Below, piece by piece: positions 34,852-49,800 of a stretch of DNA of 64,000 nt. The stretch covers positions 248,001 to 312,000 of the forward strand of contig OU015568.1 of NCBI GenBank assembly GCA_907165135.1, read 5' to 3'. This DNA comes from Oikopleura dioica (taxonomy: Eukaryota > Animalia > Chordata). Made by a program: the position numbers and the translations under genes. The notes under the pieces were generated by a model that was not told the DNA's origin, ran no database searches, and worked only from the letters and a program-made list of their open reading frames with translations. Each line of letters opens with the position of its first letter. Within the stretch, counting starts at the first letter, position 1.

Positions 34852-37800
34852 TTAATTTGTAATTGTCGGAGTGTTCCAGAAGATCTTCTCCCACAAGACG
34901 CAAGGAGTCATCACATCTGGGTAGTCTCCATCTGGAAGAATTGCATTCGCCGCCGTCAGAAGACAGTTCTCGGCGTTGGTGAGCCAGTTGATCTTGTCAA
35001 GTCCCATGAAGATGATTTGGACGTCGTCTGAGCCCATATTCTTGACGATTTGGCCCTGTTTTCGCGTCCAAGGAGTGTCCTTGTCCACAGTTTGGGTTAA
35101 TCGGAAGCTGAAACCGGCGTTGGTGAATTTCTAAAAGTGATTATTTTCCAATTATTTTCGAGAATAAAAAACCTTATCATTTCTGAAATAAGTGATCTTG
35201 TGCTCGTAAACTGGCTCTGAATCGACGAAACCGATCTGGACTCGACCGTCGTTGATCGCTCTCAAGAAGTCAACACCACAAACATCCTTGGTGAAAACGA
35301 CGAAACCGTAGTAGAGATCTGTTCGAGGGTTGACGAGTCTGTTCTTTGCGCGGAACTTCATCGCCAGCATCGCGTCTTCGTCGGAAAGATAGATGTACCG
35401 CATGTTTTTGCGCTTTAGAAGAATTTTAGAAACAAATTCTATATTTAATTTTATCATACTCCTTTCCACTCAGGCTTCCACGGTTGCTCAGCTGGGCAAT
35501 GAGTGTCTCTGTCGAAATCGCATCGGAATCTTAAAGAGGTTTTAAACAGGCTGAAAACTTAGTTTTCTTCCATACTTTCCGTTCGTATTGACACAAGTCT
35601 CAAAGCTCTGGCAATTGTTGAGCTCAGCATCGGCGCATTCGTCGACATCAACACAAATTTCACCTCCCGTCGCGTCAAATCCACATTCGAAGCCTGGATC
35701 GCAAGTTTTTGTACATGCTCCGCCGCCACCAGTACCAACACAAGTGTAGGTTCCGAGCTGATTCTCGCATTGAGTGTTTTCGCCGCAGACATGATCGCCA
35801 GTGTTGCATTCGTTGATGTCGACGCACTCGTCTCTCCAGTTGAGTTTGAAGCCTTCGCCGCAAGCGCATTCATAAGAACCTTAAGAAAAGAGTCAGTTTT
35901 GCTTCATACAGCTCTTTTTTCCGAATTAAATCTCACCCGGCGTGTTAGTGCATTCTTGGTTTTCTCCATCGCAAGGATTGTTGACACACTCGTCGATATC
36001 TCGGCATTGCTTCGAATTAATGCTCTCGTAGCCAGAATTGCACTGACAAGAGAATGTTCCAAGCTCGTTCACGCAGATTGAAATAGCATCGTCACACCAG
36101 TCCGTTTCGTCCATGCACTCGTCATCATCCTCGCAAGTGTAGCCGTCTCCAGAGAAGCCGGTGTTACAGGCGCATGTGTATCCGACGGGAGCATCGACGC
36201 AAGTTGCATATTCGGAGCACTCATGAGTTTCGTCTGTACATTCATCAACGAATTCAATGCAGACGAAGCCGTTACCAGTGAAGCCATCATTACACTCGCA
36301 AGTGTAACTTCCTTCTGTATCGGTACAGGAAGCGTTCGGGTCACAATTATGAAGAGCGCTCAAGCACTCATCAATATTCGTGACAGAAATCGACTCGGAA
36401 ATAATCTGACTGATTCCGAGTGCTTCGACATCTTCGCCGGCCGCATAGCAAACATAGAATCTGACTGCGGCGTTTTTCTGGATTTCCTTGAATTGAAGAT
36501 TGTCAAATTTGGCGACGCCGTTTACGAACGGAACTTCAATTTCACCAAGAAGCTCTTGCGTGGCAGTTCCATTGACTGGGGCGGCGCAAACTCTCCAAGG
36601 ATCAGTTGGTGTAAGAATATCTCCAGTCATCAGATTGCCAGCGCTGTCGTACATGATCACCATCGCGCTGAATGGTCGTCGTTGAACAACAGTTTCTGGT
36701 GGCGGCATATCAAAAGCGAGATCTGAAGGAACATCAGCGGTCACATCGAAAGAGATCGTTTGAACATCGGCGACAGCGATATCAGCTTCGCCAGTGTATG
36801 TGAGTGCGATGCTGAAACTGAATCGACCGGCTTCCGCGAATTCGAGGTAGTCGAAATTGGCGATTCCATTTCCAGGAACGAAATACGTCTCCGTATTCTT
36901 CAATAAGGTATCAGGAGAAGAAGAGATTGTGATTCTCATCGGATCGCCCATGTAACCAACTTCAGTCATTGACTCATGATTAGCGTCAAGCATGGCAACT
37001 CTGATTGGATATCGCATTCTGCTTCCGACAAAGACTTTTTGGGGAATCTGTTGGACGACGACCATCGTTGTTGGAACTTGATCGTAGCTGACGGCTTTTG
37101 TCGTTCGATCCATTGTTTCCTGGAGAATGGCCTGTTCTTCGATGTTGGTAGAGTTGATGATTTCAGTTTTGTTGTTGAGCTCAGCAGTCTCGACAATCAA
37201 GTCTTGAAGGGCCGTTCCTTCCGTGAGATCTGGATCGATTCCAAGCTGAGCAAGAACAGTTTGTGAGTCTCCTTCGGTGCCCTTTTCATACCAAGCTGGT
37301 GTCTCACCACTCAAAGCTTGCGCAGTAAGAGTAGTAGCGACAATGTTCAATTCAGAACCAGATGCTTGGGAAATGTCAGCCTCAAGTCGACCCTCCATCT
37401 GAGCAGCAACGAGTCTGTTTCCGACGTTCTTGTTATTAATTGCTGAACTTGTTGTAAAGACGGCTCTTGAGAAACCTCCATTCGAAACCGAGTCTTCTTC
37501 ATCTGATCCAAATTCATTGGAGAACTCAATTTTCACTCGAGTGACCTCATTATTTTCTGGAAGCTGGCCAGTAACAGTTGTGCTTTCATGAGTCCAGGTT
37601 CGGGCAGGATTAGTTTCTCTGACAACTTCGACGATCTTGACTTGGCTTGGATCAAGACCGAGCATGGCAGCAAGAAGGTAAGGAAGGTCAGAGCTAGCGT
37701 AAAACTCTTCAATAGTCAGTTCCGTGGTGATATCAAGAGTGAGAATGATCGAGTTAGCGATTCGAACTTCGAGCTGATCGCCGCCTCCAAGAGTAAAGTA

Positions 37801-40800
37801 GAGCATTTGCTCAGCTCGATCGAAGTAGTTAGATCCAGAAGGCTCATCAAGGGTTGGGATCATCGAGGGATGTGGGAATCGCCAAGTGTCATTAGCGAAG
37901 TCGTATTGATTTGAGTAGATGATGTTGTCACCATTCAAAAAGACATCCTGACGATTTTGACGCATAGTGTGCATCTTGATTCCGATCTTGCAAGTAGCTG
38001 GAAGTTGCTGAAGAGAGAATCGCACCTTTGTCGGCATTGTTCCGGTTGTATGGAAATCGTATGTTTCGCCGCAGTTGACCAAGAAATAGTTCATCGTGGC
38101 TCGAAGAGAACAGGCATAACCAGCGCAGCAAGAATGATCCGCTGGACCGTTTCCTAAGTCGAGGAAACCAGAGTCAGAGCGAATTCCAATAGGAGCAATT
38201 CGTCTCACTTCAGTGTCGAAATCCATGGACTCGAAGTTAAGGAATCCACGAGTAGCGCCAGTACAGACGTATGCATTGTAAGAAGTCTCGTATTCACAAG
38301 AATCCGGTCGAGGAGCACCTCGGGACGGAGCGTAAACGTAAGGATCTTCCACATTTCCGTCAATATCTGTGAGCATAGAAGTCGGAATTCGATAATCACC
38401 CAGGCCGAATCTTTGATCAACATTGTCCGACCAGGGGAAGCCTGTTACTCCTTCCCAGTGATATTCAGACTGCGAGATGATCGCGACTTCCTGACCAGTT
38501 GGTGCATCATTTGTCAGGCTTCCATCGATGTCCTTGATAAATCTTCGTCGAGCACCGTCACATGGCATATCTACACACTCATCAAGGCTGACCTTGCCAA
38601 CTGAAGGGCGATGGAAATAGACAAGGTTTGCCTTTGTTGACGTGACTTTTGTTGTGTCTCTCACTTCAACCATGGGCGCATGATCAGTCAAAGCTCGAGT
38701 AGTACTGAAAATAATATGGCTTCGCGCATTTCCGCAAACTTGGTTCCTGTAATTGATGAAGGTATTTGAGTTGACGCAGGAGCGGCCGGCAAGCGTTGTG
38801 TATCCAGTCTGTTGATCGAGTGGTTTCTTCGGCCACTTGTTGACCTTGTTCTGGAAATATGGCGTTTTGATGGCTGTTGTTCCGCTTCTTGGATTGAATC
38901 GCGAGCGAGACATGGAAGTCATTCCGGAAGTAACGACAAGAGCATTGTTACGTTTACCGAAATCAGAGCAAGCGAAAGAATCGGAGAAAGCAGTGAAGAT
39001 GTTTCCATCAATCGAGACTTTCTGGTTTCCGTGAACGTGATCAAGTGGGTCTCCGTTTCCGATCATGACATTTTGAATTCCGACAACAGAGTCAGTCACA
39101 ATGTTGTTTTTGATGAGAACGTCTGATCCTATAGCCTGGGTGTAGAAAGCGTAGTCCATTATCTTCCAGAAATTGAAGTTTGAGTATTCCATGCATGGGC
39201 GTCCTTGAACCTTGATTATGGCAGCGCCAAACATGCAAGTGTGTCCGGTGTTTTCAATTGTTGGTGGCGACTCAACAGAGACACTGTCTGCGCAAACATC
39301 GTTAGAAGAACAAGCCTTTCCATGAGATTTGTAGCAGTAACCCTCAACACCGGAAACCCGGTTATTCAAAACAACAGCTGTCTTCGTTCCGATAGTGCTG
39401 ATACCAGCTGGCAAATTGCTCTGCTCTGTATCTCCATTTTGAGGAATTGCGATCTCGAAATTGTTTTGATAAAGAACTCGATATTGGCAGAATACAACAG
39501 TGTTGTCAATAATTTGAGTGTTTTCTCCGAGATCTTCAATTGCGTCGGCGACAATGTCAAAGAAAACGTTTCCTTCAACTTGAACTCCGTCGCAGCCAGC
39601 ACCAGTGACGATGCCACCATTGTATGAATGATGGAAAGCCGAGTTGGTGACAAAAGATCGTCGACTATCACTCGAGTCCTGGAGACCGATGTAGTAGAAG
39701 GCAAGTGGAACCCGAAGATCATCAGGTTTAGTGTGTCCAAATTGACCCATGTTAACAAACTCGACGTCGCTGACTTGTGCCCAGCCGGATCTGAAAGTAG
39801 AGGACTCCGTAACATCCATAGAGACAACGCGGCCACCAAAGAAGTCACTTGACTCAGAAGCCCCGGAAATTTTGACGTTTCGTGTCAGAACAACGACTTC
39901 CGCAGCAAACTCAGTATTTCCAAGGTGGTCAAATTGAGCTGGTGGGTCAAATGTGACGACGGAACCACTGATTCCGGTAACAACGACATACTCAGCTTCT
40001 CTCATATCAAACGATGTTGGAGCGATTCCAAGCTCATCGCCGAGTTGGAGTGAGCTTGCATCATCAACAAGAGTCAATTGATTATCTCCAGCGACAAGAT
40101 CTGCTGCAAGCTGAGAGCTGCGGAGAGCTCGTGGGCATCCAAACAACTGAAGTCCTCCGAGATTTCCAATTGCTTTGCTTCCAATTGGCACTGCGCCGTT
40201 GGGAGCGCCGAATTCAGCACCAAACTCATTTCCGAGAAGATTGATAGTCACTGAAGTGTCGCAAATTGGGCTCTCTTCGGATCCGACGAAGAAGTTTCCG
40301 TTTTCAACTGCGATGAGATTTCGAGTTGCTGACGAGCTTCCCATGCCGGTATTGATCAAAATTACTCGAGCGTTGATTGTAACATCTGTTTCATTTGACA
40401 CTCGAAGAGTCCCTTCAATGAAAAGGATATCAACAGTGATATCAATATCAAGTGTAACGTCCTTATCGTTGGCAATGGTGACATTGGCGCCATCCGAAGG
40501 AACAACACCGTCGTCCCAACAAGCGAGATCGCTCCAATTGCAATAATCAGAAATTGTTGGAGGCGTTGTTGGTGGAGGCTCTGTGGGAGGAACGCATCCA
40601 GGCCAGAAACACTTGTAAACTGAGATCTGGAAATTCAGATCATAAAACTTGTTGGAGTAGTCGCCTCGCATAGCACCGAAAGTTAATGAATTGTCAATTG
40701 GGCTAATGTAATAGTCTAATGGGCTTCCAGTTCGATCAAAGATTCCGTCCTCCTTTGGAACACCGACGAAGTCTTCATAAATGTCTCCCAAATCGGAAGC

Positions 40801-43800
40801 ATTAGCGTGAACTCCTCGTTTTCCACCAGTGATTTCAGCGTAATCAGTTGATTGGTAGAATGGGTGGCGAATGGTGACCATCTTGTCCTTTCCAATATCG
40901 TAAAGTTGACCATTGTAGGTGATGTTTGTTATATGCTCATGATCAACCCAAGAAATATCGTGGTGTTCACCAGAGAGCAACAGTCCCATGTAGCCGAAAC
41001 CAGAAGTCGAGCGAGATTTTCGGAAAGGCACAAATGATTGTCCCCATCTGTTTTCGATGATCATCGAGAATCCTCGGAGAGAGTCTGGAAGAACTTTGTT
41101 GACCGCGTATCGGTTGTATTCAATAGAGTTGCAGATCATTGCAGGGAATTCAACTGAAAATTCTGGAGCATCAAAGCACATAGATGGCGGGAACAGGTCA
41201 GATTGAGGAACAACGGAATAGCCAGGAGCACCCATTCCAGTCAAAGAACCATCCATGTCAACCAGAATCGTTTCGTGCTCCCAATCGGCAGCGAATTTTC
41301 TCGGCGAATTAAACCATTGGACATTTGACCATTGCGAAGTTCGACCACAATCAAATGGATAAGAACTGTAACAGGCGTCGATTGCACTACACCAGCCAGG
41401 CTCGACATTTTCGTCATCCTCGTAAGACACGTCATAGTTGAAGAATTTGATGCCATCGACTGTCATCTGACCATCCGGCTTCCATGGAGTTTCAACACCA
41501 AATCTTGTGCAAAGAGAAAGCTCTGGCACAGTTGCATCAATGTATCCGATTGTTTTACTGTCAACGATTCCAGTAAAGTATTCATCAAACATGCCTCCAT
41601 CTCTCAATGATTGTGTCTCTAAAACAGAAAGACCTCCGAGTTGATTATTCGCCACGGTGAAATCCTTGACTTTAACATTGTCTCCAACAAGAGCGAGTTC
41701 CATTCCTCGCTTGCAGTTCCAAAATGTTCCCTTTTCGAAAATCGCCTCTCCTGGTGGCCAAGTCTCCTGGCAATCCATAGTTGATGGTGCGTAGGCGACG
41801 TTCTCTTCAGTTGTGAAAACCCAGAAGCCGTAGAGACCGATGTCATGGCCTGTGTTGTTGTACCATTTCTTGACGGAAGTGAAGTTGGGGCAGTGCGAGC
41901 GGACAATTGGTGGGCAATCTGCATTAGCATGTCCAGAAACTGATGGTGCATTGACCCAGTATCCCATTTGAGCAGAACCAGCGACACGATTGTGTTGAAT
42001 TGTATTGAACGTATTTGTGATCCAGAAACCAGTTGCTTTCTGATCTGTGTTTAGAAGTGATTGAGCAGGTTTGACCATCATGGCAAGATTGTACTGAATG
42101 AGAAGATCTTCTTCAACAGCGTCTTCAATAAAGAAATTATGCCCCTTGCATCGGAAAGCGACATTCCATTCGATGGTCGCATTCCAAACTCCGTGCATCG
42201 TGATAGCTCGGTTGAAAGTATCGTGAATCGAGTTTGATGAGATGTAACTGTCTGGCTGATTTCCTGAATTGTGGAAATGAAGAGCGTATCGCCCGAGTTG
42301 GGCGCCTTGACCGGCGTGGAAGACTTCAATGTTTCTGATTCTTCCTCGAACGATGTAATGCATGATCAAATGTGAGCCAAATTCATCGGAACCGACTTCA
42401 TCACCCCATTTATTCTGGAAACAGGTCTGAACTGCGCTTTCAGCCGCTTCTTGCGTCTCGGTACATTCTGGAAGCTCTTCATACCAGTCCATATTTCGGT
42501 TGCCGTAGAGTCGAACATTTCTTGTAAGAAGAGCGACTTCAGCAGTGACTTCGAGCTCGTCGCCATCCCATGTAGACAGATGGTAAATATGCCGGTGCTC
42601 AAGTGGTTCAGTAAGCGTCACCACATTGCCCGAAACAGATTGAATAACCTTTCGCTCAGTCTGTTTCATTGAAAGCCGTCCACCAGTAGTAGCAATAGCG
42701 ACTTCATCACCAGCTTGCCAGTTCGAAGCAGCACCGTCGGCGGTCTCCACGACATCCTTGAGAACGAGCTCGGAATCACCAGCATTGGCAGTTTGTGAAA
42801 GAACGGAATAGGATTTGCCGATCGGGCAGCCATGCAAATCGAGAGTACCAGATCGAACAGCGAAAACTTTAGCGCCATAGATTGGAAGTTTGACGCTTCT
42901 TGAGTGACCAAAGAGCTCAATATCAGCAGTCATTCTGTTTCCTGCAGCGTCGAGGCAGAATGGATCCTCCTCGGTTCCAAGTTCAAATCGACCCTCGTCA
43001 GTGATCAAAACGTATTGAGCTCGAAGTTTGATGCCACTTGATCGGTTCCAAAGAAGAGTTCCTCCTTGGATCAAGAGAACTGAAAGAAGAGGAGTAGATT
43101 CATCAAGAAGAACAGTAACTCCAGCTGGAATAACAGCGATGTCGTAATCGACAGGCTTGTTTTCGCATGGCGACTCGGTGCAGCCCCAGGTGAAAATTGA
43201 ACTCCATCTGTCAATATACCAGAAATCACCGGTGAATGAAGCGGGAGCATTTGGATCTCTTGCAGCAAAGCCAGATGAGGTCAGTTCAACGATGACAGCT
43301 TCCTTTGTGGATGTTGGATGGGAGTTTGTTTCGCAGACAATTACTGTTGAGCTCTCACTGATAATGTCGCAAGTGCTTTGGCCGATCGTCACAGTTTGCC
43401 CAAGGGGAACGAAACCTGAGCCAGAAATTGTGATTCTCGTTCCTCCCATGCTTCCGCCAAGAGCTGGAGAGATATCGCTGATAATAGCAGTGTCAGAAAG
43501 TTGGTAGGTGAATCCGAAGCTGGCGATTCGAGACGAACTGTGCGGCGATCCATCAGCGTTGTAGAATTGATAAGTGCAGACAAATGAGTCGTGCTCTCGA
43601 ACACCGATATTTGGAGTTCGGCAGATGGCAGTCTCAAAGTCGGGGAACTCGCAATCATACAGTGGCTCCTCACAAAGGCGGCCATCGAAAGTTTCGGCTC
43701 CGAGACCGGATCCGATAAGAGTGACAAGAACACCGCCTCCATAAGAACCAGATGAGGGTGAAATTGAAGTTACGTCAAAGTTCATTGTGAAGACTTTGTC

Positions 43801-46800
43801 GACTCCGTCGTTGATCGTTGCGTATCCGACTTCGGGGAAAAAGACAGTAAGTGAGTAGTCACCGTCACCCTGTGGTCCGACAATGCAGTCAATAGTGCCT
43901 CCAACAGCGCTGCAAGAGGAAATAGCACAGGGAGCATTTCCGATGTAGACCTCAGCGCCAGTACAGGTTCCGTCTTCAGTTCCGTTGAGAGTGATAGACA
44001 GAACATCTCCAATAGAGAATCGATTGCTAGAGACAGCGGAAACACCTGGAGTCAGTGTCCAATCATGATGGTATCTGTTGCTAACGGAGTCCCACCAGTA
44101 GACCATTTCTTCTTCATCTCCATCACCGTTGTCGTATTCAAAGTTGATTCGGACATCAGCTCTTTCTCCAGTTCCAGAAATCTCACCGATCATTGGTGCA
44201 GTGACAATTTCTATTTGGTTATCAGAAATCTTTTCAATCGTACAATAGCCTTCAAGCCGCTCATCTTCTCGTTCACAGAGATTTCTTCCCCAACGACTGA
44301 TTCGAAGATTGTGGTGTTCAGGGAAATCACCATAAATCGTCGTTGTTGTCATTCGGATCTTGTGACCGCCGAAATGCGACCCTTCGTTGTATTGCATGGA
44401 AGTGATGAAGATTGATGGGTACTCCCGGCCGTAAGTGATCTTTCCGTAATTATCAGACTCGAGCCAGACATCGTATTTCTGCGATGTGTATCCAGTTGCT
44501 GTCCATTGGGATCGGAAGCAAGCTTTTCCTTCGCAAAGCTCAAGATAAGTGTTTGTCAGCTCAATTTGAGATCCGTCAGAGACACCCTTCATAAATGCTC
44601 GAAGATTATCAGGAGATGTGGGGAACTGATAGCTGACATCAAGGGAGAAAGTGTTTGTTTGATGCGCAAACTCATTGACGTCATCTTCGACGGCAAGCTG
44701 TGTGAAATCAAAAGAGAAATCTGTCTTCAAGGTGTAGGACCCTCCAAGAGAACCAGCAAGAGTGATGAAAACATTTTCATTTTCTGGCTCTTTCTCGTGC
44801 CACGTGACGCCGATTCCAGCAGAGCTTCCGGGTTTTCCAGGAGCAGAAACGCAAACAATCTGCGTCTTTGTGTGAGTAAGAATTTCGCTGCAGCAAGAAA
44901 CTTTGGTGTAAGTGTAACGATCGAATTTCAATCCATCACCAGTAATTGTAACGAGAGCTCCTCCTTCATTCGAACCGATTCGAGGCGAGACAGAGTCAAT
45001 CGAGGGACTCACAGTAAACTTCTCGACTTGATCAGAATTGATGAGAACGTTTCCTCGGCCAAACTCAGAAACTTCAATTTGAAGATCTTCTCCGAATGGC
45101 CAGTTTGCTTTTGGAGCGGGCATCGATGCAACAACTTGAGTGGCGGAAACGCTCTCGACGGTGAATTTAATTTCACCGTAAGCGGATCTGCCAACGACGT
45201 TGAAAGCACCGGGGCAATCAGTTTGATCAGCAAAGTCATCAGAAGTGATAGTCAGAGTTTGCCCGTCGAATTCGACTGAGGATGCTTTGGGAGTAAGATC
45301 GTAAGAGTAAGTATGAGTCGTACAAGCGGTGCAATTAGCAGCGACAGTCTCTGAACTTGCAATAGAGACGGAACCTCCATCAGTCGCACAGTCGGTAGAT
45401 CCGGTCCACTTTCGCCATCCTCGAACCATCAGAGGGTTGGTATTTGCTTTGTATCCAGCAAGGGAGAGAACAACTTCCTCTTCGTAATTCAAAGGAGGAA
45501 GAACTTCGATCTGGCCATTTGCGAAGATCGAATATCCATCCATGTATCCAGAAGTGTAGAAGTAAGTGCCAGGTGCAGCAGTGACAATTGTCTCGACGGT
45601 TCCTGCTTCGCCAGAGACGATGTTTGAAACAATGTCGTCTGAGAGTTTTTCTTCATTATTCAAAGAGTCCGTCGTTCCGATCTGAACAGTGAACTCTTCG
45701 TTTGAAATCCAGCTCCAAGTGATTCGGTCATTTGCCCGGACAGTCAATTTCTGTGGGAACCAGGAAGATCCAGTCAAGATAACCTGATGAGTTTCGTAGC
45801 GGCCACGAGTTTTACAGGTGACTTCTTGCCATGTGGTCGATTCAACATCGCAAGGAATGCCTCCAACATGAACTTGAACCTCTTCTGAATTGGTTCCGAA
45901 GCCACGTCCGTTGATCGTTAGAATTCTTCCTCCAGCAGTTGATGAATGAGTTGGAGTGATGCTGTCGATTGTCAATCTGTAACTGATGAGAATGGTTGAT
46001 GTCCAGCCGAGGTAAATGGTTTCTCCGTCGACCTTTTTAAACAAACAGATTTTGACTTCAAAGTCGGTCTTCGCATCAGAGGGAGCATTAACGTAAGCGA
46101 ATCCGTTGTTCGCGAAGTTGAGAGTGGCAATCCACTCGCCGTCGAAGAAAATGTCTCCGGACTCGACGTCCGCTGGTGCGCTCGAGAGTGAGAAAGCGAT
46201 TTCTTGATTTCCCTTGACTGACCAATCGATTCGATCGGAAGTGAGGTCGTATGATGCACCCGAGTAGGCAAAAGAGCCGAGAACGACGCCGTTTTCAAAA
46301 GCAATGTCGACAGCTGCATCGGTTGTTTCAATTGTAGGAGAAAGGCAAACAATCTCATCAGCAGAGACACTGATGATTTTAGACTCGACTCCATCGAAAA
46401 ATGGAACTTGTTCGCCGATTCCGACGCCTTTTCCAGAAATTGTGACCATGTTTCCACCATAAGCGGGACCAACAGATGGAGAGACACTGACACCAGCGGC
46501 TGGCGGATTCACGAGAATGCTCAAGTCGCCACTGTTCAAAAGTGCGCCGAATTCGGTGTACGCGGTGATTGGATGAGAGCCATAAGGAAGAGACTGGAAG
46601 AAAATCTCCACGGAGGTTTCACTTGTCTGGACGAATCTGCACTGAGTATCGGCATAGCAATATTCACCAAAAACATCGCCGATTTTCATGTAAGCAATCG
46701 TTCCAACAGGCGCGTCAAAATTGACAACGAAGCTAGCTTCCCCTGACGCAGGAGTGTTCACTTGAGCTGCACTTGTTGACGCAATATCAGCGGGCGCATC

Positions 46801-49800
46801 AAGATACGAAAATGAGCATTCTTGATCGTCAGTGTTGCAGACAGCGGAAATGCCATTTCGTGTCACGACAACTTGGGGCTCATCATGAACAGTGCGCAAA
46901 AAGGCACCGGGGATTTCTTTGATCCAGATACCGCCAGATCGAACGTCAACGGTTTCAACATGAAGTTCGACACCAGTCAAGTTGATATTTTGAACTTCGA
47001 TTGGAGCAAAGTCGCCAGGGACGGCCCACCAGAGCTGCAAAGTGTAACCATCATTGCAATTACCATTCGACTCAGCGTTGACCATCGCGACATCACCGTG
47101 AAGCTTTTTGAGCTCGGAAGTGAGGACATCATTGATGTCGGGTGCTTGAATGTCGATTTCTGGAGTAGTTTGTCCGAGATACGAAAGTCGAAAGAATCCT
47201 TGAACACCTGGACTGACGGGCTGGTGCTCGTGGACCTGGATTTGAAGCTCGGCGCCCCATTGATTCGTCAGCGTGTAGAGTTTTCCAGTTGTTTCTTCAT
47301 TGAAATTGTTGAAAACAATAACATCTTCGACAGTTACGGCTGTATTGGCTCCGCCGATGACTTCGAAGTCTGGAATATCAATTCCACAAAGAGTGTCTTT
47401 CAATCGAGCAATCATTGCATTTTCATTTACTTTCATGTCGATATTTCCTACAGGCGTGTTTGGTCTAATTGGAACATCGCTTCTGAAGACTTCATAATCA
47501 TCTGAAGCCACGCCGAATCCGAGTTCGTCAAAATAGCCCCACCGATTACGGAAATATAGCCGTCTCAAGTACACATGTTCAACAAAATCGGGGTTTTGGT
47601 TGCTCGTCAAATCAGTGTTGGCCAAAATCAAAGCTCTCAAGTCAATACACATGTGGACCCAGCTTGTTCTTGACTCCATATTTATTTCTTGTGGTGACAA
47701 AGACATTTCAAGGAAGCTCAAATTGTCAATAATTTCCCCGAAGGTTTCAGAAGATCCGTTCGCCATGTATCCGACTTCAAGGAACATTCTTGTATTATGA
47801 CTGTTTTCGTCGAGCTCGCCCTTGTGCGCGAAGCAGAAATGAGGAACAAGATCAATGTGGACAGGTTCGGCTGCCGGAAGCCATTCACTCTCGCCGATGG
47901 CGAAAAATTCACGCCACTTGGCGTAGTAAGACTTTTGGCCGCAGAAACTCTCGACGTTTGTTTTACCATAAGGAAATCGCCACTGAGTGGAAGAATCTTC
48001 ATTCGATGGCATGTAGAATGGCTCGAACGATCCAAGAGTCTCGCATTGAGAAGAAATGAGAGTTTTTGTCAGAGCACCGTCATTTTCCTTGTGTTCATTC
48101 CAAGTGCCAAGAGGAGTCGTCTTGCTCTGGCCATTTGAATTAGCCCATCGAAGACCAAACTTAACTCGATCGGGGTCACCGGAAACAATGGCGACCTTGA
48201 TATTTTCTTCCTGACTTGAAGAAAGAATGTCGACTTCTTGAACTTCCTGGACAACCTGAAGCTGGTCGTTTTGAGCGACGTAGCTATCATATTCTCTTGG
48301 CGCTGGTACGGGATCATGTTGGTAGTTGATTTCAGGATCCGGGCCATGGAAAATGAAGCTCAGTTTGTTGTAAGAACGGCCAGAATGCTCGACAAAATTA
48401 TCGTTGAAGATATAAGATTTGTCAGCCTCGAGGAACATTCTTGGGGAGGCAGACTCGCCTCTATGCGGTCCAGCCGAATGAGGATTAAATGTACGGATAT
48501 TGCTAAAAAGGTGCTCTTGCGTGTCAGGGTGGTTTCCACCGTCGGTGTTCATCCACATAGAGCCGACGTCATCGCAGAATTTGTAAAGCGTGTAGTAACC
48601 GGTAATCGGGGGCGAGAAAGCTCCAGTCATTTGGCCAAAGAACCAATCGGATCGTTCGTGGTAACGTTTTCCCCACCATGGTGCGTCCCATTCCTGGTAG
48701 AAATCCTTTGAATTGTGGGCTTTGTAAAGTCTTCGCGAGAATTTTGTTCTTTCCTCTGCTCCAAACTCCCACCACTCATGTTCTTCTCGAAGATCCCACC
48801 CATCGGCTCCATATCGAAACTGGTCAGTATCCATTGTCCACTCAAATGCAGTGGTGATTTCCAAATCAGCACCGGCACCTCCAATATGCTTCGCACCCTC
48901 TGCGATAGCGACACTCGCTCTTGTATCGCAAACAATCGTGCGAGGACTCGCCGAGACGATATCGCATGGAACACCACCGACGGTCACTTCGGCCTTCTCA
49001 GCACCGACATTTGGCCCAGCGAGACCACGACCAGTGATTGTCACTCGCGTTCCTCCTTCGTGATAGCCAGAAGTTGGGGTAATCGAATGAATCGAAGGAG
49101 CGAGGGTGAATGATCGAACTTCTCCGTCGCTGTCGAAAAATTTGGATTCTTGCGAAAGTGAAGTGTAGCCTCGGCCATGATTCTTTACTCCAAGAGTCAC
49201 GTGACCAACATAGTCGGTCTCAACTCGGCAAGAGAAGTAAAAGCTATTGTGATAGCCGTGATTTCCAATCTCGATCGGGTCGAATCGGTAGACTTCACTG
49301 TTCTCCTCGTCTTCGTACGCCAAGTGGCACTGGCCAACGACCTCGTTATTATTGATCAAAAAATCAACGCTTTCAAGATATTCTAGTGTTTCGGTGTCAT
49401 AATCCATCGAGGGAACATCATCTCGGTTCGCCGGGTTCCAGTGAAACTTTGTCGCGCCCTCATCGCAGAAAAACCTAAAGCTGGTACTGTTCATGCTGCA
49501 TCCATTCGATCCCTCGTCAGCTCGACAAACTGCATACTCCCGGGTGAATTCGTCAAAGTAGGTCGAGTCAAGAATCGCACCAGTTTCATCATTACGAGCT
49601 TCCATCGCAAGCGGAGCGAAACAGATCTGGGTGGTGTTCTTTTTGCGCCAAACGTCGCCCCAGAAGAATTCCTGACCAGGAGTTTGCCCACTGTGCTCGC
49701 TTTCCCACTCGTAAACGAGATCCGATCCAAATTCTTCGAAAGAAAACCACTCGGTCCATCGTGGCTGTCCGACAGCTCGCATGCTGTCAACATTCTGTCG

